Counted from the stretch's first letter, positions 1 to 7,658 are shown. The stretch is DNA of 35,048 nt from an uncultured Bacteroidota bacterium (GCA_900546465.1 URCX01000001.1:1-35048); one strand, 5' to 3'. The notes: generated by a model from the sequence alone, not told the origin. Program-made: numbers and translations.

Positions 1-108
1 TAAACAAACCACATGATCATATTGATTTTTAAAACCAGGCTCATACTTCTTGTAAAATCCTCTTACAACTTTATAATAAAATTGTTCTTTATGAGGATTA
101 AACCACAC
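1..108 (-). CDS. partial hypothetical protein (first ~36 codons, continues past window edge)
   Basis: Open minus-strand frame reads (GTG)WFNPHKEQFYYKVVRGFYKKYEPGFKNQYDHVVCL and runs off position 1. The candidate GTG start at 106-108 lies 7 nt after the stop of the upstream small ORF. No family recognised and no clear SD. Confidence 0.2.
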   Translation of the reverse strand, partial: MWFNPHKEQFYYKVVRGFYKKYEPGFKNQYDHVVCL

Positions 109-115
109 TACTAAC

Positions 116-265
116 TTAGTTCTTATTTTGAGTATAAAGTCTTAATAGTTCTTCTTCAGCCTGTTCCAAAAATACTGTTTTCGTATAAGTAGGTGTTAGA
201 TGTACTTCCAAAGCAATATATTTTTTTCCAAGCTTTGAAACTTTTTCGACTAATTCACATTTCAT
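116..265 (-). CDS. small hypothetical protein, 49 aa
   Basis: ORF below the track length cutoff: MKCELVEKVSKLGKKYIALEVHLTPTYTKTVFLEQAEEELLRLYTQNKN. The ATG at 263-265 has purine-rich aggagtgggagag immediately upstream. It is divergent from the RHH gene. No family recognised. Confidence 0.4.
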   Translation of the reverse strand: MKCELVEKVSKLGKKYIALEVHLTPTYTKTVFLEQAEEELLRLYTQNKN

Positions 266-357
266 AACTCTCCCACTCCTCTCTAAAATTTTTTATAGAA
301 AGATAACACCCCATTAGTTTTAGAAAGAAGAATAAGATGCATGTTGTTATCTCTCTA

Positions 358-413
358 TGTGTACACATTCTCCCTATTGTGTACATTTAAATAATAACAT
401 ACACATGTGTACA
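358..413. promoter_or_regulatory. operator-like array: three copies of TGTGTACA (palindromic TGTACA core)
   Basis: Exact TGTGTACA at 358-365, 378-385 and 406-413 (spacing 20 and 28 nt), plus a partial tgtgtag at 447-453. The array sits in the divergent intergenic region between the 49-aa ORF and the RHH gene, and the third copy abuts the -35 box. Confidence 0.45.
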
Positions 414-442
414 TTGCAACACAAATGTAAACAAAATAAAAT
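414..442 (+). promoter_or_regulatory. sigma70/sigmaA-type promoter TTGCAA-17 nt-TAAAAT
   Basis: TTGCAA at 414-419 and TAAAAT at 437-442 with a 17-nt spacer. GAGGTG (452-457) then lies 5 nt before the ATG at 463. Confidence 0.45.
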
Positions 443-462
443 AATTGTGTAGAGGTGAAAGA

Positions 463-612
463 ATGGAATCTGCAACAATAACTATAAGAACCACTTTAGA
501 ATTAAAACAAAAATTAGATATGATGGCACTAGAAGAAAATAGAACACTATCTAATCTTATTGATACGATTTTAAAGAAGTATGTTGAAGAACACGAAAAA
601 AAGGACCAATAG
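463..612 (+). CDS. ribbon-helix-helix (CopG/Arc/MetJ-like) DNA-binding protein, 49 aa
   Basis: MESATITIRTTLELKQKLDMMALEENRTLSNLIDTILKKYVEEHEKKDQ. It has an N-terminal beta-strand segment (ITIRTT) followed by two helices with the typical RHH pattern (LxxLDxxAxxxxxSxSxLI). SD and promoter lie upstream, and a terminator overlaps the stop. Confidence 0.6.
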   Translation: MESATITIRTTLELKQKLDMMALEENRTLSNLIDTILKKYVEEHEKKDQ

Positions 613-620
613 GTCCTTTT
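599..620 (+). terminator. rho-independent terminator hairpin
   Basis: aaaaggacc-aata-ggtcctttt is a 9-bp stem with a 4-nt loop. It overlaps the TAG stop of the RHH gene and is followed by T/A-rich sequence. Confidence 0.55.
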
Positions 621-758
621 ATTATGTAATCTAATATATGTTACACACTATATATTATATGAAGTTTAATATTCTTTGAATTATTCTTTATAGTTATTCA
701 TATTTAATTATTAATTCTAACTTATATATTTATTACTTATATTGTTTATTATAAAAAA

Positions 759-780
759 ACTATATAGTTAACTATATAGT
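759..780. repeat. 22-bp perfect palindrome actatatagttaactatatagt
   Basis: Verified by hand to equal its own reverse complement. It lies in the 425-nt ORF-free spacer upstream of the sensor operon. Function unknown. Confidence 0.9.
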
Positions 781-1037
781 ATATTTTTGCTTTTGATTTA
801 AACTAAAAATGTTTTAAATTATTTTTCACATAATATTTTTTTTGTAATATCATATTCATTATCATATTTGCAAACACTGTAATCATCATCATAAGATTTA
901 CAATCATATGCATAAGAACATTTATTATCAAAGTCATCATTGATGTAATAATCAATTTCTTCAACTACTCCATTTATAAAATATATTATAATAGGAGTAG
1001 TTATTACTTATTACTTTAGAAAAGAGGTGGATAATAC

Positions 1038-2549
1038 ATGAATAAGTTTATTACATTTTTATTTGCTATATTGTTCACTATTTGGACAATAAGACTTTAT
1101 TATAAACTGTATGATAAGAAGACAAGAAGATATATTTTGCTTATTGGATTACTTATTGTATTTTGGATGTTAATAAGAATTATAAAAGGAATTGCAGTTT
1201 CTCCACTAACAGAAAGAATGTGTTGGTATCTGTATTATTTGCCACTAATCTTTATTCCAACACTATATTATATTAGTTCATTATCATTATTAGGTAAAAT
1301 GAATAAAACAAAGAAAAAAATTATATATTCAATTTCGTGCTTTTTATTACTCCTTGTTTTAACTAATGATTTTCACGAATTAGTATTTAAATTTGTTAAA
1401 GGAATAGTTTTATTTGATGATTATAAACATTTTATAGGATATTATTTAATATCTATTTGGATATTCTATTTATTTAGTAAAAGTTTAATAGATTTAGCAA
1501 TTTATAGAATGAAAATAAAAAAAGATATAAAAGGATTTTTACCGTTTATAGTAATATTACTAGGTCTTACATACACAATTCTTTATGTGTTAAATATTCC
1601 TTATGTAAGAGGTATAAATATGTCCATTGTTAATAGTGCATTAATTTGTGTAGGCATTGAACTTGCTTTTTATCTAAATCTAATTCCTAATAATAGTAAA
1701 TACAAAAGTAGATTTTCTAATTCTAATTTAAATATGGCTATTATTTCATTGGATGGTAAAACTAAATATACTACGAATGTGTTTGATAATATTCCTAAAA
1801 AATTATTAGATGATATAAATAATAATAGTGTAAAAGAAACATATAAAAATAAAAATATTATTTATGATATAAAAAAGAACAAAGATAGTTATGTTATCTT
1901 AAAAAAAGATTTATCTAGTATTCTTGAACTTGAAAAAGAAATAAATGAACAAAAGAAAGAATTACTTGAACAACAAGAAAGTATAAGATTAGAAGAAAAA
2001 ACTAAAAAAGAATTATATGAAATGCAAATAAGAAAAGATGTTATAGATAAAGTTGAATTAAAACTTACTGAAAAAAGAAATGAAATTAAAAAAATATTAA
2101 AGAAGAAAGATGTATCCACAAAAGATTTTGAAAAAGTTAAAAGAATTATTATATATAGTAAAAAGAAAAGTATGTTAATAATATCTGAAATTAATGGAGA
2201 TTCTTATAATGAAAATGGAATTAAAACATTATTAGATGAATTATTAAATAGTATGAAGAGTGCTAATATAAAGAGTTTTATTAGTATTAATAATAAGATG
2301 ACAATAAATGGTAATATAATGTCTTTATTATATGATATTGTATATGAACTTATAGAAAGTAGTAATGATAAATCTATTGTATTATTTATTTCTAAAGAAA
2401 ATAAGAATGTTAAACTAAAAGCTATTATAGATACTGATAAGTCTTTAAAGGATAAAATAAAAATAGATCCAAGTGTTTTGATAAAAGAAAAAATATATGA
2501 TACAGATATAGAACTAGAATTTGTTATAAAAGGTGGTGTTATAAAATGA
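1038..2549 (+). CDS. 7TM membrane sensor-like protein, histidine-kinase paralogue lacking the phospho-acceptor His (pseudo-kinase)
   Basis: aagaggtgg SD lies 8 nt before the ATG. About seven N-terminal TM helices resemble the HisKA_7TM architecture. These are followed by a PAS-like segment, a long Lys/Glu coiled coil and a C-terminal alpha/beta-looking region. There is no His anywhere after about residue 135, and no N-box or G-box. The stop overlaps the next start (ATGA). Confidence 0.6.
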   Translation: MNKFITFLFAILFTIWTIRLYYKLYDKKTRRYILLIGLLIVFWMLIRIIKGIAVSPLTERMCWYLYYLPLIFIPTLYYISSLSLLGKMNKTKKKIIYSISCFLLLLVLTNDFHELVFKFVKGIVLFDDYKHFIGYYLISIWIFYLFSKSLIDLAIYRMKIKKDIKGFLPFIVILLGLTYTILYVLNIPYVRGINMSIVNSALICVGIELAFYLNLIPNNSKYKSRFSNSNLNMAIISLDGKTKYTTNVFDNIPKKLLDDINNNSVKETYKNKNIIYDIKKNKDSYVILKKDLSSILELEKEINEQKKELLEQQESIRLEEKTKKELYEMQIRKDVIDKVELKLTEKRNEIKKILKKKDVSTKDFEKVKRIIIYSKKKSMLIISEINGDSYNENGIKTLLDELLNSMKSANIKSFISINNKMTINGNIMSLLYDIVYELIESSNDKSIVLFISKENKNVKLKAIIDTDKSLKDKIKIDPSVLIKEKIYDTDIELEFVIKGGVIK

Positions 2550-3661
2550 AATTATTACTTATAATTACCATTATAATTACATTAATACAAGTTGTTAGAG
2601 TATCTACTTTCTTTTTAAGAAAAGATGCATCAAGTATTAAAAAAATATTTGAATTATTAATATTAATAGTTATGGTTATATTAGAGTATTTTAATTTACT
2701 TGATATTTCTAAAATAACTATGTATTTATCTTTGTTATTATCAATTTATATTTTGATTAGTTTTATATATGAAAAATTATGTAAAAATGAATATATATCA
2801 GTTTTATCTGTTAAAAAAGGTATTGATGCATCTGATACTGGAATAATGTTTTTAGATGATAATAATATTATTTTAATAAATAATTTATTTTCTGATATTT
2901 TAAAAGGACTAAATATTACTGAAGACTTTATAAACAATCTAATAAAGAGTAGTTTTAAGAAAGTAAATAATAATTATCTACTAAAGCATAATGATAAAGT
3001 ATATATGTTAAATATATATGATAATAAAGAAGTATCTTTAATAGATATAACAGAGTTATATTCTTTACAAGAAGAAGAAAAGAAACAAAATAAGCAAATT
3101 AAAGAAAATAATGATAAATTATTACTTGCTATTAAAAATGTTGAAGAATTAGAAAGAGAAAAGAACTTATTAAAACTTAAAAATGAATATCACGATATAA
3201 TAGGATATAGACTTGCTTTGTTTGATAAATATTTAGAACAAGAAAATAAGGATATAAATAACATATTAAAATTATTAGATAGTATTTATGAAGATTTTAA
3301 TTCAAAATTAGATAGTAATGAAAAATTAAAAAACTTGATAAATATGTATAGTATTATTGGAATAAATGTTAAATTTTTTGGTGCTTTACCTATAGATGAA
3401 GAAAAAGGTATAGTATTTTTTGAAATAATAAGAGAAGCTATTACTAATGCTATTATTCATGCTAATAGTAAAAATATTAAAGTAGTTATAACTGCTCGTG
3501 ATAATTATATAGAAATGGTTATAACAAATGATGGTAATAAACCAAAAAGTGTTATATTTGAAAATGAGGGAATTAAAGGAATGCGTAAGAAATTATCTAA
3601 TATAAATGGTAGTTTAAAAGTTATAACTGATGATAATTTTAAATTAATAATAAAAGCATAA
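2546..3661 (+). CDS. sensor histidine kinase, HisKA_3 (NarX/DegS-type) family
   Basis: Three N-terminal TM helices and a PAS-like segment. H-box NEYHDIIGYRLAL, N-box EAITNAIIHA, G1 ITNDGN and G2 GIKGMRKKLSNINGSL are present. It is translationally coupled to the upstream ORF by a 4-nt ATGA overlap. Confidence 0.8.
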   Translation: MKLLLIITIIITLIQVVRVSTFFLRKDASSIKKIFELLILIVMVILEYFNLLDISKITMYLSLLLSIYILISFIYEKLCKNEYISVLSVKKGIDASDTGIMFLDDNNIILINNLFSDILKGLNITEDFINNLIKSSFKKVNNNYLLKHNDKVYMLNIYDNKEVSLIDITELYSLQEEEKKQNKQIKENNDKLLLAIKNVEELEREKNLLKLKNEYHDIIGYRLALFDKYLEQENKDINNILKLLDSIYEDFNSKLDSNEKLKNLINMYSIIGINVKFFGALPIDEEKGIVFFEIIREAITNAIIHANSKNIKVVITARDNYIEMVITNDGNKPKSVIFENEGIKGMRKKLSNINGSLKVITDDNFKLIIKA

Positions 3662-3662
3662 A

Positions 3663-3698
3663 AAAGAAGAAATAAATTTTACAAAATATTTCTTCTTT
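3663..3698. terminator. bidirectional hairpin terminator between convergent kinase and regulator genes
   Basis: aaagaagaaata-(12 nt)-tatttcttcttt is a 12-bp stem flanked by an A-run and a T-run. It overlaps the regulator stop codon at 3697-3699. Confidence 0.55.
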
Positions 3699-4326
3699 AT
3701 TTTTGATTAGGAACAATATATCCGTTACTTAAACAAAATATAGTAAGTTTAGTTATGTTATCAAATTCTAGTTTTGTAAGAATATTTGAAATATAATTTT
3801 TTAAAGTACCTGAGGTTATATTTAATTCTTCGGCAATTTCATCTCTATCTTTAGCTTCACATATACATCTTATTATTTTAATTTCTTTATCTGAAAGATC
3901 TTTAAATTTTTCACTTTCTTCACTATACATACAATTATCTGGAAATAGAGTATATCCTTTTAGAACTTGACTGATACTAAAAAGTAATGATTCACTATCT
4001 GTGTCTTTATATATTAGTCCATCTAAATTATATTCTTTAGCAGTATTTAAAAAAGTAATTTCTGGTACACCAGTAATAGCAAGTATTTTTACTTTGTTAT
4101 GAAATTTATCTTTTACTTCTTTAGCATATTCTATACCATTAGCACCTTCTTTAGTAACTACATCAGTTAATATTAAATCAGGTTTATATTTTTTATATAA
4201 ATTCATCATATCTTTAGCACTAGTACATGTACAGACAATATCATAATCATTTGATAAAGTATTCTTTAACATATTGTTAAGCAGTGCTTGATCTTCAATA
4301 ATCATTATTTTCTTCTTATTTACCAT
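3697..4326 (-). CDS. response regulator, REC + LuxR/GerE-type HTH (NarL/FixJ family)
   Basis: REC motifs are IMIIEDQ ... DLILTDV ... KILAITG. The C-terminal HTH is LSDKEIKIIRCICEAKDRDEIAEELNITSGTLKNYISNILTKLE. The ORF-track start at 4335 is a GTG. The ATG at 4324-4326 has GAGGTG 6 nt upstream and is preferred. Confidence 0.85.
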   Translation of the reverse strand: MVNKKKIMIIEDQALLNNMLKNTLSNDYDIVCTCTSAKDMMNLYKKYKPDLILTDVVTKEGANGIEYAKEVKDKFHNKVKILAITGVPEITFLNTAKEYNLDGLIYKDTDSESLLFSISQVLKGYTLFPDNCMYSEESEKFKDLSDKEIKIIRCICEAKDRDEIAEELNITSGTLKNYISNILTKLEFDNITKLTIFCLSNGYIVPNQK

Positions 4327-4505
4327 AATATTCACCTCAAGAATATATAAATATTATATCATTAAAGTTGAATTTTTCATATATAAAACAATGAGTTTAA
4401 TAGAAAAACTATTACTTTTGTCATATTTTTTCTTAAATTTGTATTACTTTTTTCATCTATTAAAGAAAGTGAAAATAATATATAATATTATTAGGAGGAG
4501 ATAGT

Positions 4506-5423
4506 ATGTTTACTAAAAGTAAAGAAAAAGAAGAAAAAACTTCTAAAAATAATAAGAAAAGAAATATTATTTTAATAGTAGCTGGTCTATTGCTATTAAT
4601 AATTATTTTATTCTTATTATGGTTCTTTAATCGTAAATTTGAAGTAACATTTGATTATAATAATGGTACAAAAGAAGAAGTAGTATATGTTAAATACAAT
4701 AAAACCATTAATAGTAAAGATGTTAAAACAAAAGAAGATTTAGGAGAACAGTTTATTGATTGGTATTTAATTTTAGAAGAAAAAGATGGAAAAGATGTTT
4801 TAGCAGATAAACCTTATGACTTTAAAACTAAAATAAATAAAAATATCAAATTAAAAGCGGTATATGAGGGAGTGGTTGAAACTATTACTGTTACTTTTGA
4901 TAGTAAAGGTGGATCAAATGTTGATGCTATTACTATAAATAAAGGAACAGAACTAACACTACCAAAAGATCCTACTTATAAAGGTTATACTTTTAAAGGT
5001 TGGGTTGATGTTAATGATAGACCAATTTATGATAAAGCATTACTAAGTGAAGATACAACTTTATATGCTAAATGGAAAAAAGTAGAGAAGAAGAAAGAAG
5101 AACCAAAAGAGAAGATAAATGATGAATTAGTCGGAACAACTTGGAAAGGACACATTGGTGTTTATAATGAAATTTTCTATATCGAGTTCGGAGAAGACAA
5201 TCAAGTCGTAGCAACAATTTCTGCATACAACACAACCACAGATACCGATTATGGGACTTATTCGTTAGTTGGTAAAAATGTAACTTTTAGCGGTTTAAGC
5301 GTCTTAGCACGAGCAGATTGCCGTGTCTATTTCAAGACAGCTAATTATACAAATTCCATTATGACCATTAAAGGAACGTATTGTGGAAACTCCGGAACTT
5401 GGACATTCTCAAAAGTAAACTAA
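4506..5423 (+). CDS. membrane-anchored surface protein with two Listeria-Bacteroides (InlB B-repeat / Flg_new) repeats and a compositionally distinct C-terminal domain
   Basis: GGAGG lies 7 nt before the ATG, and the N-terminal TM anchor is IILIVAGLLLLIIILFLLWFF. The repeats are FEVTFDYNNG...KLKAVY and TVTFDSKGGSNVDAITINKGTELTLPKDPTYKGYTFKGWVD...LYAKW. A KKVEKKKEEPKEK linker follows, then a roughly 98-aa domain (LVGTTWKGH...TWTFSKVN) encoded by markedly more GC-rich DNA. Confidence 0.7.
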   Translation: MFTKSKEKEEKTSKNNKKRNIILIVAGLLLLIIILFLLWFFNRKFEVTFDYNNGTKEEVVYVKYNKTINSKDVKTKEDLGEQFIDWYLILEEKDGKDVLADKPYDFKTKINKNIKLKAVYEGVVETITVTFDSKGGSNVDAITINKGTELTLPKDPTYKGYTFKGWVDVNDRPIYDKALLSEDTTLYAKWKKVEKKKEEPKEKINDELVGTTWKGHIGVYNEIFYIEFGEDNQVVATISAYNTTTDTDYGTYSLVGKNVTFSGLSVLARADCRVYFKTANYTNSIMTIKGTYCGNSGTWTFSKVN

Positions 5424-5454
5424 TAATATAACAATAACTAAACAATCAAACAGC

Positions 5455-5490
5455 AAAAAAGCACTTCGTTGATTGCGAGGTGCTTTTTGC
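5455..5490. terminator. bidirectional rho-independent terminator
   Basis: aaaaaa-gcacttcg-ttgattg-cgaggtgc-ttttt is an 8-bp stem (one G-U pair) flanked by an A-run and a T-run. It sits between the convergent CDS 4506..5423 (+) and 5530..6384 (-). Confidence 0.6.
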
Positions 5491-5529
5491 TTTATATGAT
5501 TGGAGGTTTGGATTTGAGTTTTGTCATGT

Positions 5530-6384
5530 TCAGCCTTGGGAATGGCTTCTTTTGAATTCGGAAATCATGATGGCTGTTGCTATGGCGGCATTAAGGCTTT
5601 CGGGCTTGTCGCTTCGGTTGAAACGGGGTATGGAAAGAGGTTTGCGAATATATGAACGGATTTGCGGACTTATGCCATGCGATTCGCTGCCTATGATAAG
5701 GATTGCATGGGTGGGCAAGGCTTGGGAATAGATATTGCTTCCCTCTTCCACCAATGAGCCATAAACAGGATAATCGGCAGGGAGTGTTTGCAGAAAGGCT
5801 TCAAGCTCGGTGTATTCGGGCTGTACTCTGAATATGGAACCCATGGTCGATTGGACGGTTTTGGGATTGAATATATCGACGCTGTCTTCGGAGCAGATTA
5901 TTCTGTCGATGGCATACCAGTCTGCAAGACGTACGATGGTGCCAAGGTTGCCCGGGTCTTTTATTCCGTCGAGCATAAGCGTCAAACCTTGCAAGGGCTT
6001 GTTTGCTTGGCGTTCGGGACGCTTTACAAGGCAATAGACTTTGTTGGGAGTGGATAAAAGACTGATTTTTTGCAGTTCTTCTTCCGTTATTTCGTTCACT
6101 ATGGAATGTTTATGCGGAAAATGCAACAGCATTTCCGCCGAGGCTTCACATGTATGCCTGCCTGTCTGTTCCGAAACGGCAAACTGCTTGCAGAGCTTGG
6201 CATCAACCAAGGCTCTATTCTCTTCCAACCATGAGTTTACGGCACAAAGAAGCAGTATTTCAAAGTCCGATTGCAGGAGTTCTTCAAGCATTTTCACGCC
6301 TTCGACGATAAACAAACCGTCTTGCCTGCGATACTTGTCTTGTTTATACTTGGACAATCGTTTCAGTTCGTTTTTGGATAACAT
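5530..6384 (-). CDS. TrmH/SpoU-family RNA 2'-O-methyltransferase
   Basis: SpoU motifs are LDGIKDPGNLGTIVRLADW, IIGSESHGIS and SLNAAIATAIMISEF. The track start at 6405 is a TTG inside the upstream terminator. The ATG at 6382-6384 (MLSKNELKRL...) is preferred. Confidence 0.8.
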   Translation of the reverse strand: MLSKNELKRLSKYKQDKYRRQDGLFIVEGVKMLEELLQSDFEILLLCAVNSWLEENRALVDAKLCKQFAVSEQTGRHTCEASAEMLLHFPHKHSIVNEITEEELQKISLLSTPNKVYCLVKRPERQANKPLQGLTLMLDGIKDPGNLGTIVRLADWYAIDRIICSEDSVDIFNPKTVQSTMGSIFRVQPEYTELEAFLQTLPADYPVYGSLVEEGSNIYSQALPTHAILIIGSESHGISPQIRSYIRKPLSIPRFNRSDKPESLNAAIATAIMISEFKRSHSQG

Positions 6385-6403
6385 GTCGGTATTGTTTTGA
6401 TAC

Positions 6404-6436
6404 AAAAAAGGAGGTCATTCCATGGAATTGACCTCC
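6404..6436 (-). terminator. rho-independent terminator after rplI
   Basis: The minus strand reads ggaggtcaattccatggaatgacctcc followed by tttttt. This is a stem of about 11 bp with one bulge. Confidence 0.6.
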
Positions 6437-6461
6437 GATTATTTTCATCTGCAATCAGATT

Positions 6462-6914
6462 TTATTCTGCAAATACTTCAAAGCTGATTTCAGGCTTGAT
6501 GTCTTTGTAAACGGAAACTACGACTTTGTGATTTCCCACTTCCTTGATTGCGTCTCCGACGATGGATATTTTCTTTCTGTCAACATCTATGCCGAATTGT
6601 GCTTTGATTGCATCAGCTATTTGAATTGTGTTGACCGAACCGAATATCTTTCCGCTCTCGCTTGCTTTGGCTGCAATTTTCAAGCCTTCCACCTTAGCCA
6701 AAGAAGCTGCGTATTCCTCAGCATCTTTTCTGAGTTTTTCTTCTTTGAAAGCTCTTTGTTTAAGGTTCTCTGCCAATATCTTCTTATTTGAAGATGTTGC
6801 AACGACTGCATATCCTTGCGGAATAAGGTAGTTGTTGGCGTATCCGTCTTTTACTTTGACTATTTCGTCTTTATAGCCTAATTTGTTTACGTCTTGTTTC
6901 AATATGATTTCCAT
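6462..6914 (-). CDS. rplI: 50S ribosomal protein L9 (bL9)
   Basis: MEIILKQDVNKLGYKDEIVKVKDGYANNYLIPQGYA is the canonical bL9 N-terminus. The protein is 150 aa and follows rpsR. Confidence 0.95.
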   Translation of the reverse strand: MEIILKQDVNKLGYKDEIVKVKDGYANNYLIPQGYAVVATSSNKKILAENLKQRAFKEEKLRKDAEEYAASLAKVEGLKIAAKASESGKIFGSVNTIQIADAIKAQFGIDVDRKKISIVGDAIKEVGNHKVVVSVYKDIKPEISFEVFAE

Positions 6915-6930
6915 AGATTACCCTCCTCGT

Positions 6931-7197
6931 TTATTTTAATAGGTCAGCCACGTAAGGCATCAATGCCAAATGTCTTGCTCTTTTGACTGCTTGTGCTACT
7001 TTCTTTTGGTATTTGTTTGATGTTCCGGTGATACGTCTCGGCAATATCTTACCTTGTTCGTTGACAAATTTCAAAAGAAAGTCCGCATCTTTGTAATCTA
7101 TATACTTGATTCCGCTTTTCTTGAAACGACAGTATTTTTTTCTTTGCGTTTCTACTGCTATCGGAGTTAAATATTTTATTTCTGTTTCGTTAGCCAT
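6931..7197 (-). CDS. rpsR: 30S ribosomal protein S18 (bS18)
   Basis: The KYCRFKK...IDYKD...[18 protein letters not shown]...[21 protein letters not shown] signature is present, in the rpsF-rpsR-rplI order. Confidence 0.95.
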   Translation of the reverse strand: MANETEIKYLTPIAVETQRKKYCRFKKSGIKYIDYKDADFLLKFVNEQGKILPRRITGTSNKYQKKVAQAVKRARHLALMPYVADLLK

Positions 7198-7213
7198 ATC
7201 GTTTGTTTTTTGA

Positions 7214-7588
7214 TTATTCTGCTGCTTTTTGTTCTTCCAATACCTTTTGTTGGCTCTTCAAGCCGTGAGCTCGCTTCTTTTCATTGTATGCAATGGCGTG
7301 TTTGTCCAACGATACTGTCAAGAAACGGAGTAATCTCTCGTCTCTCTTGTATGCTGTCTCCAAATCGGCTATTACATCGCCTTCTGCTCTGAATTCAATG
7401 AGATAATAAAATCCCGTTGTCTTCTTTTGGATCGGATAAGCTAACTTACGCATTCCCCAATTGTGCTCGAAAACAATTTCTGCACCTTTATCAGTCAATA
7501 ATGTCTGATACTTCTTTACCGTTTCCTTTATCTGTTCCTCAGATAAAACGGGAGTTGCAATGAAAACGGTTTCGTACTGTCTTACCAT
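7214..7588 (-). CDS. rpsF: 30S ribosomal protein S6 (bS6)
   Basis: [19 protein letters not shown] is the canonical bS6 start, at the ATG at 7586-7588. The 46-codon upstream extension in the ORF track overlaps secA and contains the promoter box, so it is rejected. Confidence 0.9.
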   Translation of the reverse strand: MVRQYETVFIATPVLSEEQIKETVKKYQTLLTDKGAEIVFEHNWGMRKLAYPIQKKTTGFYYLIEFRAEGDVIADLETAYKRDERLLRFLTVSLDKHAIAYNEKKRAHGLKSQQKVLEEQKAAE

Positions 7589-7626
7589 AGGTTCTCTGTT
7601 TTTATCTTTTAAAGTTTTTGAGTTTG

Positions 7627-7634
7627 CAAAGGTA
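7627..7634 (-). promoter_or_regulatory. Bacteroidota -7 promoter box TAccTTTG (rpsF operon)
   Basis: The minus strand reads agTAccTTTGcaaac about 40 nt upstream of the rpsF ATG, matching the TAnnTTTG consensus of Bacteroidota sigmaABfr promoters. Confidence 0.4.
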
Positions 7635-7658
7635 CTACATTTTTTTGTTATGACCAAA

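Noticed and set aside
819-1004. A minus-strand open frame encoding an Asp/Tyr/Cys-rich peptide (...NGVVEEIDYYINDDFDNKCSYAYDCKSYDDDYSVCKYDNEYDITKKILCEK).
   Set aside because: There is no ATG, GTG or TTG start anywhere in the frame, and no SD. In DNA this AT-rich, stop-free stretches of about 60 codons can occur by chance. I could not support it as a gene.
5071-5127. A purine-rich low-complexity tract (gaagaagaaagaagaa...), considered as a possible simple repeat or slippage site.
   Set aside because: It is in frame and encodes a plausible Lys/Glu linker (KKVEKKKEEPKEK). It is relevant only as the likely join point discussed in the findings.
5480-5731. An 83-aa plus-strand ORF starting just after the bidirectional terminator.
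   Set aside because: It overlaps the conserved 3' end of the TrmH-family gene on the opposite strand and has no motifs, so it is a shadow ORF.
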